Below, one piece after another: positions 49,002-60,570 of a stretch of DNA of 64,000 nt. How positions within the stretch are numbered: the first letter of the stretch is position 1; every line of letters starts with the position of its first letter. The position numbers and the translations under genes are program-made. A model generated the notes under the pieces. That model made no database searches. It had not been told where the DNA came from and saw nothing but the letters and a program-made list of their open reading frames with translations. The DNA is from Macrostomum lignano (taxonomy: Eukaryota), in the NCBI GenBank assembly GCA_002269645.1, contig NIVC01000730.1:191975-255974 (forward strand). The letters run 5' to 3'.

Positions 49002-50686
49002 CACCATTTTACCCTCGATTTTGAACAAGGAGAACTTCGAAACCGACAAACTCCTCTTCAATATTGACACTCTATGGTCGAGCACTCAAAATCTACAATC
49101 AATATTGACAGATCAAGCTTCAATTTTGACAAACTCTGGTTCAATTTTGACAATGCACGTTTAGTCAACTTCTCCTGGGAGAATTCGGTAACAAAGTAAT
49201 CCAATGAAAGCCTGAACGGGGCTGAAGTGAGCTGTGCAAAATCAGCTTATTCTGACTTTGCTTTTTGGATCTACAAGTAATGCCAAAGTTTATTTTTCTC
49301 CATCCTTTTACACACACAGACTAAAATAGCCTGACTGGTTGGGCTGCAAAGTCAGATTCTATTTTGACAGAGTTGCTTCAAAACTGACACTCTATGGTTT
49401 GTGTACCCAAAAAGTCCGCTTCATTTTTGACAACTCCGAATCAATATTGAACAGTTTACAATCGATTTTGACTAAGACTTTTTTGAAATAGATTTTGACC
49501 ATTGTTACTAAGATTTCTCTCTCTCGAGGGGAGGGCGTACTTGCTATTTGGGAGAGGGGGTACTGGCTGCATGTATCTACGAGTATGGGAATCTTTCTAT
49601 CCAGGGATGCTTGCTAGAGTCCCTGCTCTCTCAAGGGACTCTAGCAAAAAGCCGGTCATTTAACATCCCAAGACAGCAAGCATACACCCAGATAGCCAGC
49701 ATATACCCAGATAGCCAGCATACACCCAGATAGCCAGCATATACCCAGATAGCCAGCATACACCCAGATAGCCAGCATATACCCAGATAGCCAGCATACA
49801 CCCAGATAGCCAGCATACACCCAGATAGCCAGCATATACCCAGATAGCCAGCATACACCCAGATAGCCAGCATACACCCAGATAGCCAGCATACACCCAG
49901 ATAGCCAGCATACACCCAGATAGCAAGCATACACCCAGATAGCCAGCATATACCCAAATAGCCAGCATACACCCAGATAGCCAGCATATACCCAGATAGC
50001 CAGCATACACCCAGATAGCAAGCATCTTGCAGATAGCAAGCATCATCCAGGTAGCAAAAATCCAACCAGATAGCAAGCATCCCTGGATAGAAAGATTCCC
50101 ATACTCGTAGATACATGCAGCCAGTACCCCCTCTCCCAAATAGCAAGTACCCCCTCCCCTCGAGAGAGAGAAATCTTAGTAACAATGGTCAAAATCTATT
50201 TTTAAAAATGTCTTAGTCAAAATCGATTGTAAACTGTTCAATATTGATTCGGAGTTGTCAAAATTGAAGCGGACTTTTTGGGTACACAAACCATAGAGTG
50301 TCAGTTTTGAAGCAACTCTGTCAAAATAGAATCTGACTTTGCAGCCCAACCAGTCAGGCTATTTTAGTCTGTGTGTGTAAAAGGATGGAGAAAAATAAAC
50401 TTTGGCATTACTTGTAGATCCAAAAAGCAAAGTCAGAATAAGCTGATTTTGCACAGCTCACTTCAGCCCCGTTAAGGCTTTTATTAGATTACTTTGTTAC
50501 CGAATTCTCCCATGAGAAGTTGACTAAACGTGCATTGTCAAAATTGAACCAGAGTTTGTCAAAATTGAAGCTTGATCTGTCAATATTGATTGTAGATTTT
50601 GAGTGCTCGACCATAGAGTGTCAATATTGAAGAGGAGTTTGTCGGTTTCGAAGTTCTCCTTGTTCAAAATCGAGGGTAAAATGGTG
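49002..50686. mobile_element. Foldback-type non-autonomous DNA transposon (1,685 bp, ~615-bp TIRs, TA target)
   Basis: 49002-49617 is the reverse complement of 50072-50686 with about ten mismatches; flanked by TA; no transposase. Confidence 0.92.
49676..50045. repeat. 19-bp minisatellite (CATACACCCAGATAGCCAG) in the foldback centre
   Basis: ~19 units. Confidence 0.95.
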
Positions 50687-51384
50687 TATACACAGGTATA
50701 CACTTGGTCTTGGTCCCATAATTCTTGATCTGTGATGATTGCCATAGACTGTCACCTAAACTATAGGAAAATAAGCAGCTTTCCAACGAAAGCGGACGTG
50801 GCACGTTTTTGAGCCATGTCAGTCGGCAACGGGGGTATTGAATTCTGCAATCTACGATTGCCCTAGACACTAAGATTCGGTTCCGTCAGTAACTATATGA
50901 TTACTTTATGGCACGAAATCGTGCCATCCGTCTTCTGCCGGTTAAATGTAATTAATAATATAGTTAAAGGTTAGCTGCTTTTATCGTAGATTCCGTTGGT
51001 TGTGGGCACCCTGCCGTAACATCATCAGCGACATTCCGTTGACCCCTGAGCATGTCACAGAATGTCCCGCGAAGGACAAAGAGTGCTGATAACTAGGAAT
51101 TGTACCCCAAGATTTCCCAAATCAGATATAAGGCATTCAGAACTGGATTTGATCCAATTGAATTCCCAATGGGTCTTCATTCGATGGACGAGTGAAGAAA
51201 GATGCAGAAATGCAAGATTTGATGCTGTGAATCGCAGACAACCCCCTTCCGGACAATTTTGAATGTGGCCGCTCAGGAATCGAACCGGGGGCCGTTAGTG
51301 TGTCACCCAGCATCCATGCGCATTTTAATACCTGCAAAATGACACGATCCATCGTGTATCCGTGTACTGCATACTGCTCCTTCA

Positions 51385-51975
51385 TCAGTCAGCTGGTCCA
51401 GCAGCCCCAGCATCCGTAGCCTCATCGCTGGCCTCGTCTCCTGCCGCATCGGCCCGCAGGCCGCCAGCCGAGGAGGCCTCCAGCGCGACCAGGCGCCGCC
51501 TCAGTTTGCTCTGCGTCGAGCCGAACTCGGCCAGCATCCTGGCGAACCGAGTCTGCAGCACGCCGAGCTCGGCGTTCAGCCGCTCGACTCGACGCTCGGT
51601 CGACTCACGATCTTGCAGCGCCTTGGCCAGCGCCTCCTCGTCGATGAGGTTGTCTTTGCGCAGAACCTGCTGTCCTTTCTCCAGCAGTTTGACCTTGGCG
51701 TCGGGGTACTCGGTCAGCGCCTCCCACAGGTCGTTCTTGCTCAGGCAGAACAGGTCCGAGTAGCCGTCGCTGCGCACGTTTGCGGTGCGCCGATTGCCCG
51801 TCTTGTTGCCCGGGATGTTCAGGATGGACACCTCGCCGAACACGCTGCCCTCGCCCAGGGTGACGAAAACGGTTTTGCCGTCTGGTGAGACCACGCTGAG
51901 CTTGCCGCGTTTCACTATGTACATCTCCTTGCCGATGTCGCCCTTGCGGCAGATGTAGTCTCCGGGTGAGTACAC
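51385..51975 (-). CDS. CNGA: CNG channel alpha subunit exon 6 (CNBD and C-terminal leucine zipper)
   Basis: [24 protein letters not shown]...FGEVSIL...NRRTANVRS...LRKDNLID...[12 protein letters not shown]. Confidence 0.95.
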   Translation of the reverse strand: MYSPGDYICRKGDIGKEMYIVKRGKLSVVSPDGKTVFVTLGEGSVFGEVSILNIPGNKTGNRRTANVRSDGYSDLFCLSKNDLWEALTEYPDAKVKLLEKGQQVLRKDNLIDEEALAKALQDRESTERRVERLNAELGVLQTRFARMLAEFGSTQSKLRRRLVALEASSAGGLRADAAGDEASDEATDAGAAGPAD

Positions 51976-52224
51976 CTGCCGTAATTGAGTCGTCGAGCTG
52001 GTTGAATGAGTGCATTACATGTAAATCACACTGCGCAGGCAACAAAAAGATTTTTATTTATTTGAGGCCAACAATTTCCTGTAAATAATACTCTTGAAGA
52101 GATATACATATAGGAAAAATTCTTTTCTTTCTTCAAATGATCAACATGATTGTATTTGATCTGGGGCAGTGAACATTTCCATTGTTTTACTTTTAATGCT
52201 CTGTTGTATTTTATATATCAAAAT

Positions 52225-52400
52225 TTAGCTAGCGTCGGACTCACAACTTGAAAGGTCGGGGGTTCGATTCCCGATCCCACTGGAACAATTTATTTCCTTG
52301 AGCAAGACACTTAACTCTGCATTGCTTCAGTTGGGGTAATTGAGGGTGTGTGGCGACCTCCCAGTCTTTGGACTGAACAGCCGTGCGCAGCCTTCAGATA
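52225..52400 (+). mobile_element. tRNA-derived SINE in CNG intron 5
   Basis: B-box GGTTCGATTCCC followed by ccttgagcaagacacttaac, typical of CORE/V/Meta-type SINE central domains. Confidence 0.65.
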
Positions 52401-53004
52401 CTTGAGCGTACATACAATATGTAGTATAGAAGGTATGTACTTGTATGTATAGGTATTAATAGGCATTGAAATGGAGTGCATACCTAATGGCTCGAGGGAA
52501 CCTGCATGCAATTTAATTACAAATGAACTGTATTTGCATTCAAGACGAACCAAAGCAAAAAGTTCAGCTAATGCCCCAATAGTGAGTATTGCAGGTAGTT
52601 TTAGGCTTTGAAAAATGAAAATAATTAAATATCAAATTTTCACTACATAGCTATGCAAAATACAACAGTAGCCTGTGCTTTGCATTCTGAATTAAAGGAA
52701 TGGTAAATCTTCACCGCCCGAGATCAAATGCAATTATTGATTTTGTGATGACACAAATGATTTTTCCCAGGAAATCGGCCTAAAATTTTGAGTCCTGGTT
52801 ATACTACGTAGCAGTGGTCCTTGGCAAAAATACGATGTTCGACCTTTAAATACTTTAACTGCATAGTACATCCTGACCTTTAATACGGACTTCTGTGCTA
52901 GAGTCTTACAATCCATTACCAACGTTGAGTAAATATTTGGATTTTCGACGCAGCCTTCATTTTTTGTTAAACAGTCCCGTACAGAATGCCAAAAAATGCC
53001 TCAC

Positions 53005-53250
53005 CTGCAGCTTGAGTTTGAGCACCAGCTCAACCAGCAGGCCTGGCTCACAATCCTGGAAGATCGCCACCCTCTTCAGCGTGTCAAAGTGCACGTGGAT
53101 GGCGATCTCAGCCTTGAGTTTGTCTGGCAGGGTGCCCAGAATTCTTTCTTCGTCCAGCGATTGCTTGTTGGTCCACAGGTAGTCGAACCAGCGGATTACG
53201 CGGCGTTCGAGCTCGCGACCTACCTTACGAAACTCCATGTAGCGTTTTAC
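53005..53250 (-). CDS. CNGA: CNG channel exon 5 (C-linker)
   Basis: [10 protein letters not shown]...WFDYLW...[42 protein letters not shown]; canonical AG/GT. Confidence 0.95.
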
Positions 53251-53289
53251 CTGGGAGAGCACGCGGATTTGCGTGTATAGTTACTGTAT

Positions 53290-53540
53290 CTTGCCAACAA
53301 CTGTAATCTACCAGTGTTCTACACTTTAATCTACTGTTATTCTACAATGTAAACTACCATTTTTCTACAATGTAATCTACCATTATTCTAAAATGCAATC
53401 GGCTATTGTGATTTAACCTTTTTTTACATTGTAGTCTACCATTCTTATCCAATGTAATCTACCATTGTTCTACATTGTAATGAACCAATATTCTACATTT
53501 AATCCACTACTAATCTACATTGTAATCTACCATTTGGCAG
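53290..53540. repeat. Degenerate 22-23-bp intronic minisatellite (TGTAATCTACCATTGTTCTACAT)
   Basis: ~10 units. Confidence 0.8.
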
Positions 53541-53571
53541 CTTATAATCCACCCTCAGCCTCCGATCTCAC

Positions 53572-54203
53572 CCCATCCATCCGCATCTGGAACTCGGTCC
53601 TCGCCGCATTCATATTGGTGATCATTGAACCAACATTTCCAACCACCACTGCGAAGATGAGCACACCAACTAGAAAGTCCACGGTCATGAAGGCGTACTC
53701 GAAATCTGTCACCGGCCTTGGCACATCGCCAATAGTTGTTAAAATCATAGTGGACCAGAAAAATGAGTAGATGTACTTTCTAGACAGGTTGTCCCATATG
53801 CTTGTGTAGTTGTACGGCTCGGTGTTCGCCAGGGCGATGAGGTTGTCGGGTCTTGGCGGGTACGTCCACGAGTCCCGGCCCAGGCCCAGCACCAGGCAGA
53901 TGGAGAAGTAGATGCAACCGTTCCAGTGCACCACCACCAGCAGGATCAGGATGAGGTTGCTGATCCGGAACAGGTTGGGATAATTGGTTCGAGTCTCCGT
54001 TCTATCGATGAACTCCTGCAGTCTGAGGCATTTGATCAGCCGGTTGATTCTGACGTAGGTGCCAACGATGCCGATCTGGGGCACGAAGTAAAGTACATCG
54101 GTGGGGAACAGACAGGCCAAGTCCAGCTTGAACCCAGCTGACTGCATGTACACCTGGCGGAGGCGGGGCAGGTCTCTGACCAGCAGGCCCTGCTCGAGGA
54201 AGC
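53572..54203 (-). CDS. CNGA: CNG channel exon 4 (S3-S6, pore)
   Basis: [11 protein letters not shown]...[14 protein letters not shown]...HWNGCIYF...[21 protein letters not shown]...[12 protein letters not shown]. Confidence 0.95.
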
Positions 54204-54237
54204 CTGGGATGATAAATGTTTGGGAAATTTTTATTCA

Positions 54238-54740
54238 TTTCAAATTGCATTTGGGATTTCAGATTGCATTTGGGATTTCAGATTGCATTTGGGATTTCAA
54301 ATTGAATTTGGGATTTCAGATTGCATTTGGGATTTCAGATTGAATTTGGGATTTCAGATTGAATTTGGGATTTCAGACTGATTTGGGATTTCAGATTGAA
54401 TTTGGGATTTCAGATTGAATTTGGGATTTCTGATTGAATGTGGGATTTCAGACTGATTTGGGATTTCTGATTGAATGTGGGATTTCAGATTGAATTTGGG
54501 ATTTCAGATTGAATTTGGGATTTCAGATTGCATTTGGGATTTCAGATTGAATTTGGGATTTCAGATTGAATTTGGGATTTCAGATTGAATTTGGGATTTC
54601 TGATTGAATGTGGGATTTCAGATTGCATTTGGGATTTCAGATTGAATTTGGGATTTCAGATTGAATTTGGGATTTCAGATTGAATTTGGGATTTTTTTAT
54701 TGAATTTGGGATTTCAGATTGAATTTGGGATTTCAGATTT
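54238..54740. repeat. 19-bp intronic minisatellite (TTGGGATTTCAGATTGAAT), ~26 units
   Basis: Read directly. Confidence 0.95.
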
Positions 54741-54798
54741 CAAAAGGTGAGTCTTGACAACTCAGCAATTCCCCCCATGAGCGGAGTACATCATGTAC

Positions 54799-55013
54799 CT
54801 TTCCTAGAACCGATAAACACGTCCACAGCGTACACAGCATCCGCCGCATAGTCTAGCAGGAACCAGGGCCATATCGGGTACTCCTCCTGAATCTGTGTGA
54901 ACGCCGACCTCATCACAATGAATATCAGGTTGTAGCAGGCGGCCACGGACAGCACGGCCAGCCAGCGGTAGTAAAACGGCTGCGACACGTCCACCACAAA
55001 CTCCTTGGCGATG
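54799..55013 (-). CDS. CNGA: CNG channel exon 3 (S1-S2)
   Basis: FVVDVSQPFYYRWLAVLSVAACYNLIFIVMRSAF...WFLLDYAADAVYAVDVF; phases 2/1 consistent with neighbours. Confidence 0.9.
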
Positions 55014-55144
55014 CTGACGGCATGGGGTGGGGGTTGGGCGATGGTACAAGAGATTCGATGAACAACTTTGGGCATTGGGACAATTTTCAGGCCTCTCTCT
55101 GAAGCTTTTTGTGACTGCAGTTTCCAAATTTACTACAACTGAGT

Positions 55145-55480
55145 AGCTGAAGCTGAAGCCTCATTCCCTGAAGCCTCATTCCCTGAAGCCCAATACCCTG
55201 AAGCCTCATTCCCTGAAGCCTCATTCCCTGAAGCCCAATACCCTGAAGCCTCATTCCCTGAAGCCTAATTCCCTGAAGCCTAATTCCCTGAAGCCTCATT
55301 CCCTGAAGCCTCATTCCCTGAAGCCTAATTCCCTGAAGCCTCATTCCCTGAAGCCTCATTCCCTGAAGCCTAATTCCCTGAAGCCTCATTCCTTGAAGCC
55401 TCATTCCCTGAGGCCTCATTCCCTGAAGCCTCATTCCCTGAGGCCTCATTCCCTAAAGCTTCATTCCCTGAAGCCCTATT
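55145..55480. repeat. 15-bp intronic minisatellite (CCTGAAGCCTCATTC)
   Basis: ~22 units. Confidence 0.95.
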
Positions 55481-55485
55481 CCCTT

Positions 55486-55797
55486 AGTTCTCTCAGCCGC
55501 AGACCCTGAAGGTTCAGAGTCTCAGCTCCAGTTCTCTCAGCCGCAGACTCTGAAGGTTCAGAGTCTCAGCTCCAGTTCTCTCAGCCGCAGACCCTGAAGG
55601 TTCAGAGTCTCAGCTCCAGTTCTTTCAGCCGCAGACCCTGAAGGTTCAGAGTCTCAGCTCCAGTTCTTTCAGCCGCAGACCCTGAAGGTTCAGAGTCTCA
55701 GCTCCAGTTCTCTCAGCCGCAGACCCTGAAGGTTCAGAGTCTCAGCTCCAGTTCTCTCAGCCGCAGACCCTGAAGGTTCAGAGTCTCAGCTCCAGTT
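55486..55797. repeat. 44-bp intronic minisatellite, ~7 units, abutting the exon 2 donor
   Basis: agttctctcagccgcagaccctgaaggttcagagtctcagctcc. Confidence 0.95.
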
Positions 55798-55804
55798 CAC
55801 TCAC

Positions 55805-56085
55805 TACCGCATCCTCAGCCGGATTCGCTCGGCCAGTCGCGGTTTTTCCCCGGTTTCCCCGGCAGCTTCGCCTCCCGGATCCGGCATCGCCCCGGCGCCG
55901 ATGCCCAGCTTCACCAGGAACGAGTCCCTGCGCTTGTCGTGCTGTCTCTGCCTCTGGCGCTCCTCCTCCTCCTCCGCCTGCTGCTGCTGGCGCTGCTGTT
56001 GAAGGTCCTGAGTTCGATTGCTCAAACGACGCGAGCCGAGCTCCTCGGCGCTGACCCCGGCCCGGTGGATCCAGCGGTGCAGCGA
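55805..56085 (-). CDS. CNGA: CNG channel exon 2 (N-terminal, SLHRWIHR...RRDSFL)
   Basis: Polypyrimidine + ttccag acceptor at 56086; RRDSFL motif. Donor gtgagt at 55804 (alternative 55807, same phase). Confidence 0.8.
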
Positions 56086-56341
56086 CTGGAATTGATGAGG
56101 CGAGCAAAGACAAGCAGATTCAGCTGGCTGGTTAAATATACAACTGGAGAGACAGTGGCGGAGTGGGGTGCAGGGTTGAGGTGTTTTTGTTCGTCTCGGT
56201 TGATTGTTGAGATCTTTCTTGCACGGGCAGCTTTTGCTGAGGTAATTAGTCAGGTGATTTGGATTCGTGCTCTTTCCGATGCAGTCGCGTTTTTATGGTA
56301 GCAATTAAATAGTTGTGCGGCTCTAGTTGGGCGCCCATTTT

Positions 56342-56785
56342 TCTGTTGCTAGGAGCCGATTTTATCTGTTGCTAGGGGGCGATTTTATCTGTTGCTAGGG
56401 GGGCGATTTTATCTGTTGCTAGGGCAGCGATTTTATCTGTTGCTAGGGCAGCGATTTTATCTGTTGCTAGGGAGGCGATTTTATCTGTTGCTAAGGGAGC
56501 GATTTTATCTGTTGCTAGGGGAGCGATTTTATCTGTTGCTAGGGGAGCGATTTTATCTGTTGCTAGGTGAGCGATTTTATCTGTTGCTAGGGGGGCGATT
56601 TTATCTGTTGCTAAGGGAGCGATTTTATCTGTTGCTAGGGGAGCGATTTTATCTGTTGCTAGGGGAGCGATTTTATCTGTTGCTAGGGAGGCGATTTTAT
56701 CTGTTGCTAGGGGGGCGATTTTATCTGTTGCTAAGGGAGCCGATTTTATCTGTTGCTAGGGGGGCGATTTTATCTGTTGCTAGGG
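56342..56785. repeat. 24-bp minisatellite (TCTGTTGCTAGGGGAGCGATTTTA), 19 units, each an RFX half-site
   Basis: CTGTTGCTAGG in 16 units and CTGTTGCTAAGG in 3. Confidence 0.95.
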
Positions 56786-56924
56786 ACGCCGAGTTTATTT
56801 GTTTCTAGGGCTTTGGATTTTCCTGTTGCCAGGACACCATTATGGTGCTACGAAAGCTAATTTGGTTGCTAAGGTCGTTCTGCAGGGTTGCTAAGGGTTC
56901 AGGGACACCTCAGGATGAGAATAC

Positions 56925-57935
56925 TTCAGGGTGTGGATACTTCAGGGTGTGGATACTTCAGGGTGTGGATACTTCAGGGTGTGGATACTTCAGAGTGTGG
57001 ATACTTCAGGGTGTGGATACTTCAGAGTGTGGATACTTCAGGGTGTGGATACTTCAGAGTGTGGATACTTCAGGGTGTGGATACTTCAAAGTGTGGATAC
57101 TTCAGGGTGTGGATACTTCAGGGTGTGGATACTTCAGGGTGTGGATACTTCAGGGTGTGGATACTTCAGGGTGTGGATACTTCAGGGTGTGGATACTTCA
57201 GGGTGTGGATACTTCAGGATGTGGATACTTCAGGGTGTGGATACTTCAGGGTGTGGATACTTCAGGGTGTGGATACTTCAGGGTGTGGATACTTCAGGGT
57301 GTGGATACTTCAGGGTGTGGATACTTCAGGGTGTGGATACTTCAGGGTACGGATACTTCAGGGTGTGGATACTTCAGAGTGTGGATACTTCAGGGTGTGG
57401 ATACTTCAGGGTGTGGATACTTCAGGGTGTGGATACTTCAGGGTGTGGATACTTCAGGGTGTGGATACTTCAGGGTGTGGATACTTCAGGGTGTGGATAC
57501 TTCAGGGTGTGGATACTTCAGGGTGTGGATACTTCAGGGTGTGGATACTTCAGGGTGTGGATACTTCAGGGTGTGGATACTTCAGGGTGTGGATACTTCA
57601 GGGTGTGGATACTTCAGGATGTGGATACTTCAGGGTGTGGATACTTCAGGGTGTGGATACTTCAGGGTGTGGATACTTCAGGGTGTGGATACTTCAGGGT
57701 GTGGATACTTCAGGGTGTGGATACTTCAGGGTGTGGATACTTCAGGGTGTGGATACTTCAGGGTGTGGATACTTCAGGGTGTGGATACTTCAGGATGTGG
57801 ATACTTCAGGGTGTGGATACTTCAGGGTGTGGATACTTCAGGGTGTGGATACTTCAGGGTGTGGATACTTCAGAGTGTGGATACTTCAGGGTGTGGATAC
57901 TTCAGGGTGTGGATACTTCAGAGTGTGGATACTTC
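56925..57935. repeat. 16-bp minisatellite (CAGGGTGTGGATACTT), ~63 units
   Basis: Read directly; it produces the spurious 339-371 aa ORFs. Confidence 0.97.
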
Positions 57936-58430
57936 TGCTTATTTTTTTAGTAATTGATAGCACGATCAGTTGCTCTTCCAGAGCATGAAAAGCAGATTGT
58001 TCCGGTCAAGCAGAAACCAACAGCTGTAGGAATTCTGAATCCAACGGTAGGCCCTGGCAGCAGGGTGGGAACTCCGGCAGCTGTTGCCAAAATTACTTCC
58101 ACAACTTTGCTTCTACATCAAAGCAGCAATTCGGTTGAAAGAAAACACGCAGTTTCCAAACTGCATGTGTTTCAGAGACAAAAATCTAATACGAAAACGA
58201 GTCCCTCAGCCCCTGACCTGCTCCCGCGACTGCAATTCCTGCAACAATTTTTAATCTTCAAAGCCGAAACAACACCTGAGTCGCTCTCCCTTGCCCCCGC
58301 AAACTCGGTGCTCTGCTGCATCTCACGCGAAGCTGAGGCAGCCTTCTGCCCTTGCCCGGGCGACAGGCAGACAGGCACACACTCCCCGTCTGTCTTTCCT
58401 CCCTTCTATTTTTCCGACTTCTCTGGCCCG

Positions 58431-58444
58431 GTTGCCATGGCAAC
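58431..58444. promoter_or_regulatory. Perfect palindromic RFX X-box GTTGCCATGGCAAC in CNG intron 1
   Basis: Exact match to the canonical X-box, inside a GC-rich unique block; function untested. Confidence 0.65.
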
Positions 58445-58971
58445 CAGTGCTCGAATAGATCTCCTCGGGGAAGAGCGGAAGGAGGCACGGCGGAGGAGAC
58501 GGGAGGCAGGTTTTTCAGTTGTCTTCTTAATGAAGCGAGGCGGCACTGCGATCGGCGGTGCTCCGGGAGGGAGGCTGCTCGTTAAGAATTAGGATGGAGC
58601 AGGACAGGCAGAGCAGCGGGGGGATGAGGCTGCAGCAAAGCGAAGCATTCTCGAGATCTCGAGGCGCAACCGAAACTGAGAGGGCCGCCGAGAGGGACTT
58701 TCTAATTTTAACGGCCCAGGAGAGGGGATGAGACGGAAGGTGAATAAAACCGAAGGCCTTCACACTGAACTCGAGTTGGGGGGGGGAGACAAAGGCTATT
58801 CGAGTAGGCAGGGAAGGAGCAGGGTGTAGAGGCCCTGCAGAGGTTCACCTGCCGAGTTCATTTTCTCGAATTTCGCTGAGCAGTGTGTTGAGCCATGACA
58901 GGCGTGACGGAGGTTGTTGCACGGACAGATACTTTGATGTAGAAGCTGCTGGCCAAATTGCAGGCCGCTTC

Positions 58972-60570
58972 AGGACAGGAAGATCTACTTCAGGACAGTG
59001 AGATCTACCTCAGGACAGTGAGATCTACTTCAGGACAGTGAGATCTACTTCAGGACAGTGAGATCTACTTCAGGACAGTGAGATCTACTTCAGGACAGTG
59101 AGATCTACTTCAGGACAGTGAGATCTACTTCAGGACAGTGAGATCTACTTCAGGACAGTGAGATCTACTTCAGGACAGTGAGATCTACTTCAGGACAGTG
59201 AGATCTACTTCAGGACAGTGAGATCTACATGTACTTCAGGACTTTAAGACAGGGGTATCTACTTTAGGACAGGGGTATCTACTTTAGGACAGGGGTATCT
59301 ACTTTAGGACAGGGGTATCTACTTTAGGACAGGGGTATCTACTTTAGGACAGGGGTATCTACTTTAGGACAGGGGTATCTACTTTAGGACAGGGGTATCT
59401 ACTTTAGGACAGGGGTATCTACTTGGAAACCGGGAGATCTACTTCAGGACAGGTAAATCTACTACAGAAAAGTTTAAAATCTACTTCAGGAAAGATAAAT
59501 CTACTTCAGGACAGGTAAATCTACTTCAGGACAGGTAAATCTACTTCAGGACAGGTAAATCTACTTCAGGACAGCTAAATCTACTTCAGGACAGGTAAAT
59601 CTACTTCAGGATAGGTAAATCTACTTCAGAACAGGTAAATCTACTTCAGGACAGGTAAATCTACTTCAGAACAGGTAAATCTACTTCAGGACAGGTAAAT
59701 CTACTTCAGGATAGGTAAATCTACTTCAGAACAGGTAAATCTACTTCAGGACAGGTAAATCTACTTCAGGACAGGTAAATCTACTTCAGAACAGGTAAAT
59801 CTACTTCAGAACAGGTAAATCTACTTCAGGACAGGTAAATCTACTTCAGAACAGCTAAATCTACTTCAGGATAGGTAAATCTACTTCAGGATAGGTAAAT
59901 CTACTTCAGAACAGGTAAATCTACTTCAAAACAGGTAAATCTACTTCAGAACAGGTAAATCTACTTCAGGACAGGTAAATCTACTTCAGGACAGGTAAAT
60001 CTACTTCAGGACAGGTAAATCTACTTCAGGACAGGTAAATCTACTTCAGGACAGGTAAATCTACTTCAGGACAGGTAAATCTACTTCAGAACAGCTAAAT
60101 CTACTTCAGGACAGGTAAATCTACTTCAGGATAGGTAAATCTACTTCAGAACAGGTAAATCTACTTCAGAACAGGTAAATCTACTTCAGGACAGGTAAAT
60201 CTACTTCAGGATAGGTAAATCTACTTCAGAACAGGTAAATCTACTTCAGAACAGCTAAATCTACTTCAGGACAGGTAAATCTACTTCAGAACAGCTAAAT
60301 CTACTTCAGGACAGGTAAATCTACTTCAGGACAGGTAAATCTACTTCAGGATAGGTAAATCTACTTCAGAACAGGTAAATCTACTTCAGAACAGGTAAAT
60401 CTACTTCAGGACAGGTAAATCTACTTCAGGATAGGTAAATCTACTTCAGAACAGGTAAATCTACTTCAGAACAGCTAAATCTACTTCAGGACAGGTAAAT
60501 CTACTTCAGAACAGCTAAATCTACTTCAGGACAGGTAAATCTACTTAAGGACTGGGAGATCTGCTTCAGG
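58972..60570. repeat. Three consecutive 20-bp minisatellite variants sharing TCTACTT.AGGACAG
   Basis: caggacagtgagatctactt (58972-59230), taggacaggggtatctactt (59250-59425), caggacaggtaaatctactt (59500-60545). Confidence 0.95.

Noticed and set aside
47941-50923. Same 18-bp palindrome tggcacga-NN-tcgtgcca at 47941 and 50906, considered as Helitron 3' hairpins
   Set aside because: No CTRR terminus follows either copy, the flanks do not align, and the first lies within the pogo HTH remnant.
42532-51013. Shared 15-mer gttgtgggcaccctg at 42532 and 50999, resembling a hAT TIR
   Set aside because: I could find no partner TIR or TSD for either copy.
51265-51340. tRNA gene downstream of the CNG stop (minus-strand GGTTCGATTCC)
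   Set aside because: Only a B-box/T-arm is recognisable, with no A-box or acceptor stem; at most a SINE fragment.
56842-57988. Long ORFs of 339-371 aa (GVDTSGCGYFRVWILQ repeats)
   Set aside because: Stop-free translation of a 16-bp satellite inside a CNG intron. The same applies to the ORFs over the 28-, 50-, 40-, 19-, 15- and 24-bp arrays.
57954-58592. 212-aa plus-strand ORF nested in CNG intron 1
   Set aside because: Non-ATG start, no domain, and composition typical of GC-rich non-coding DNA.
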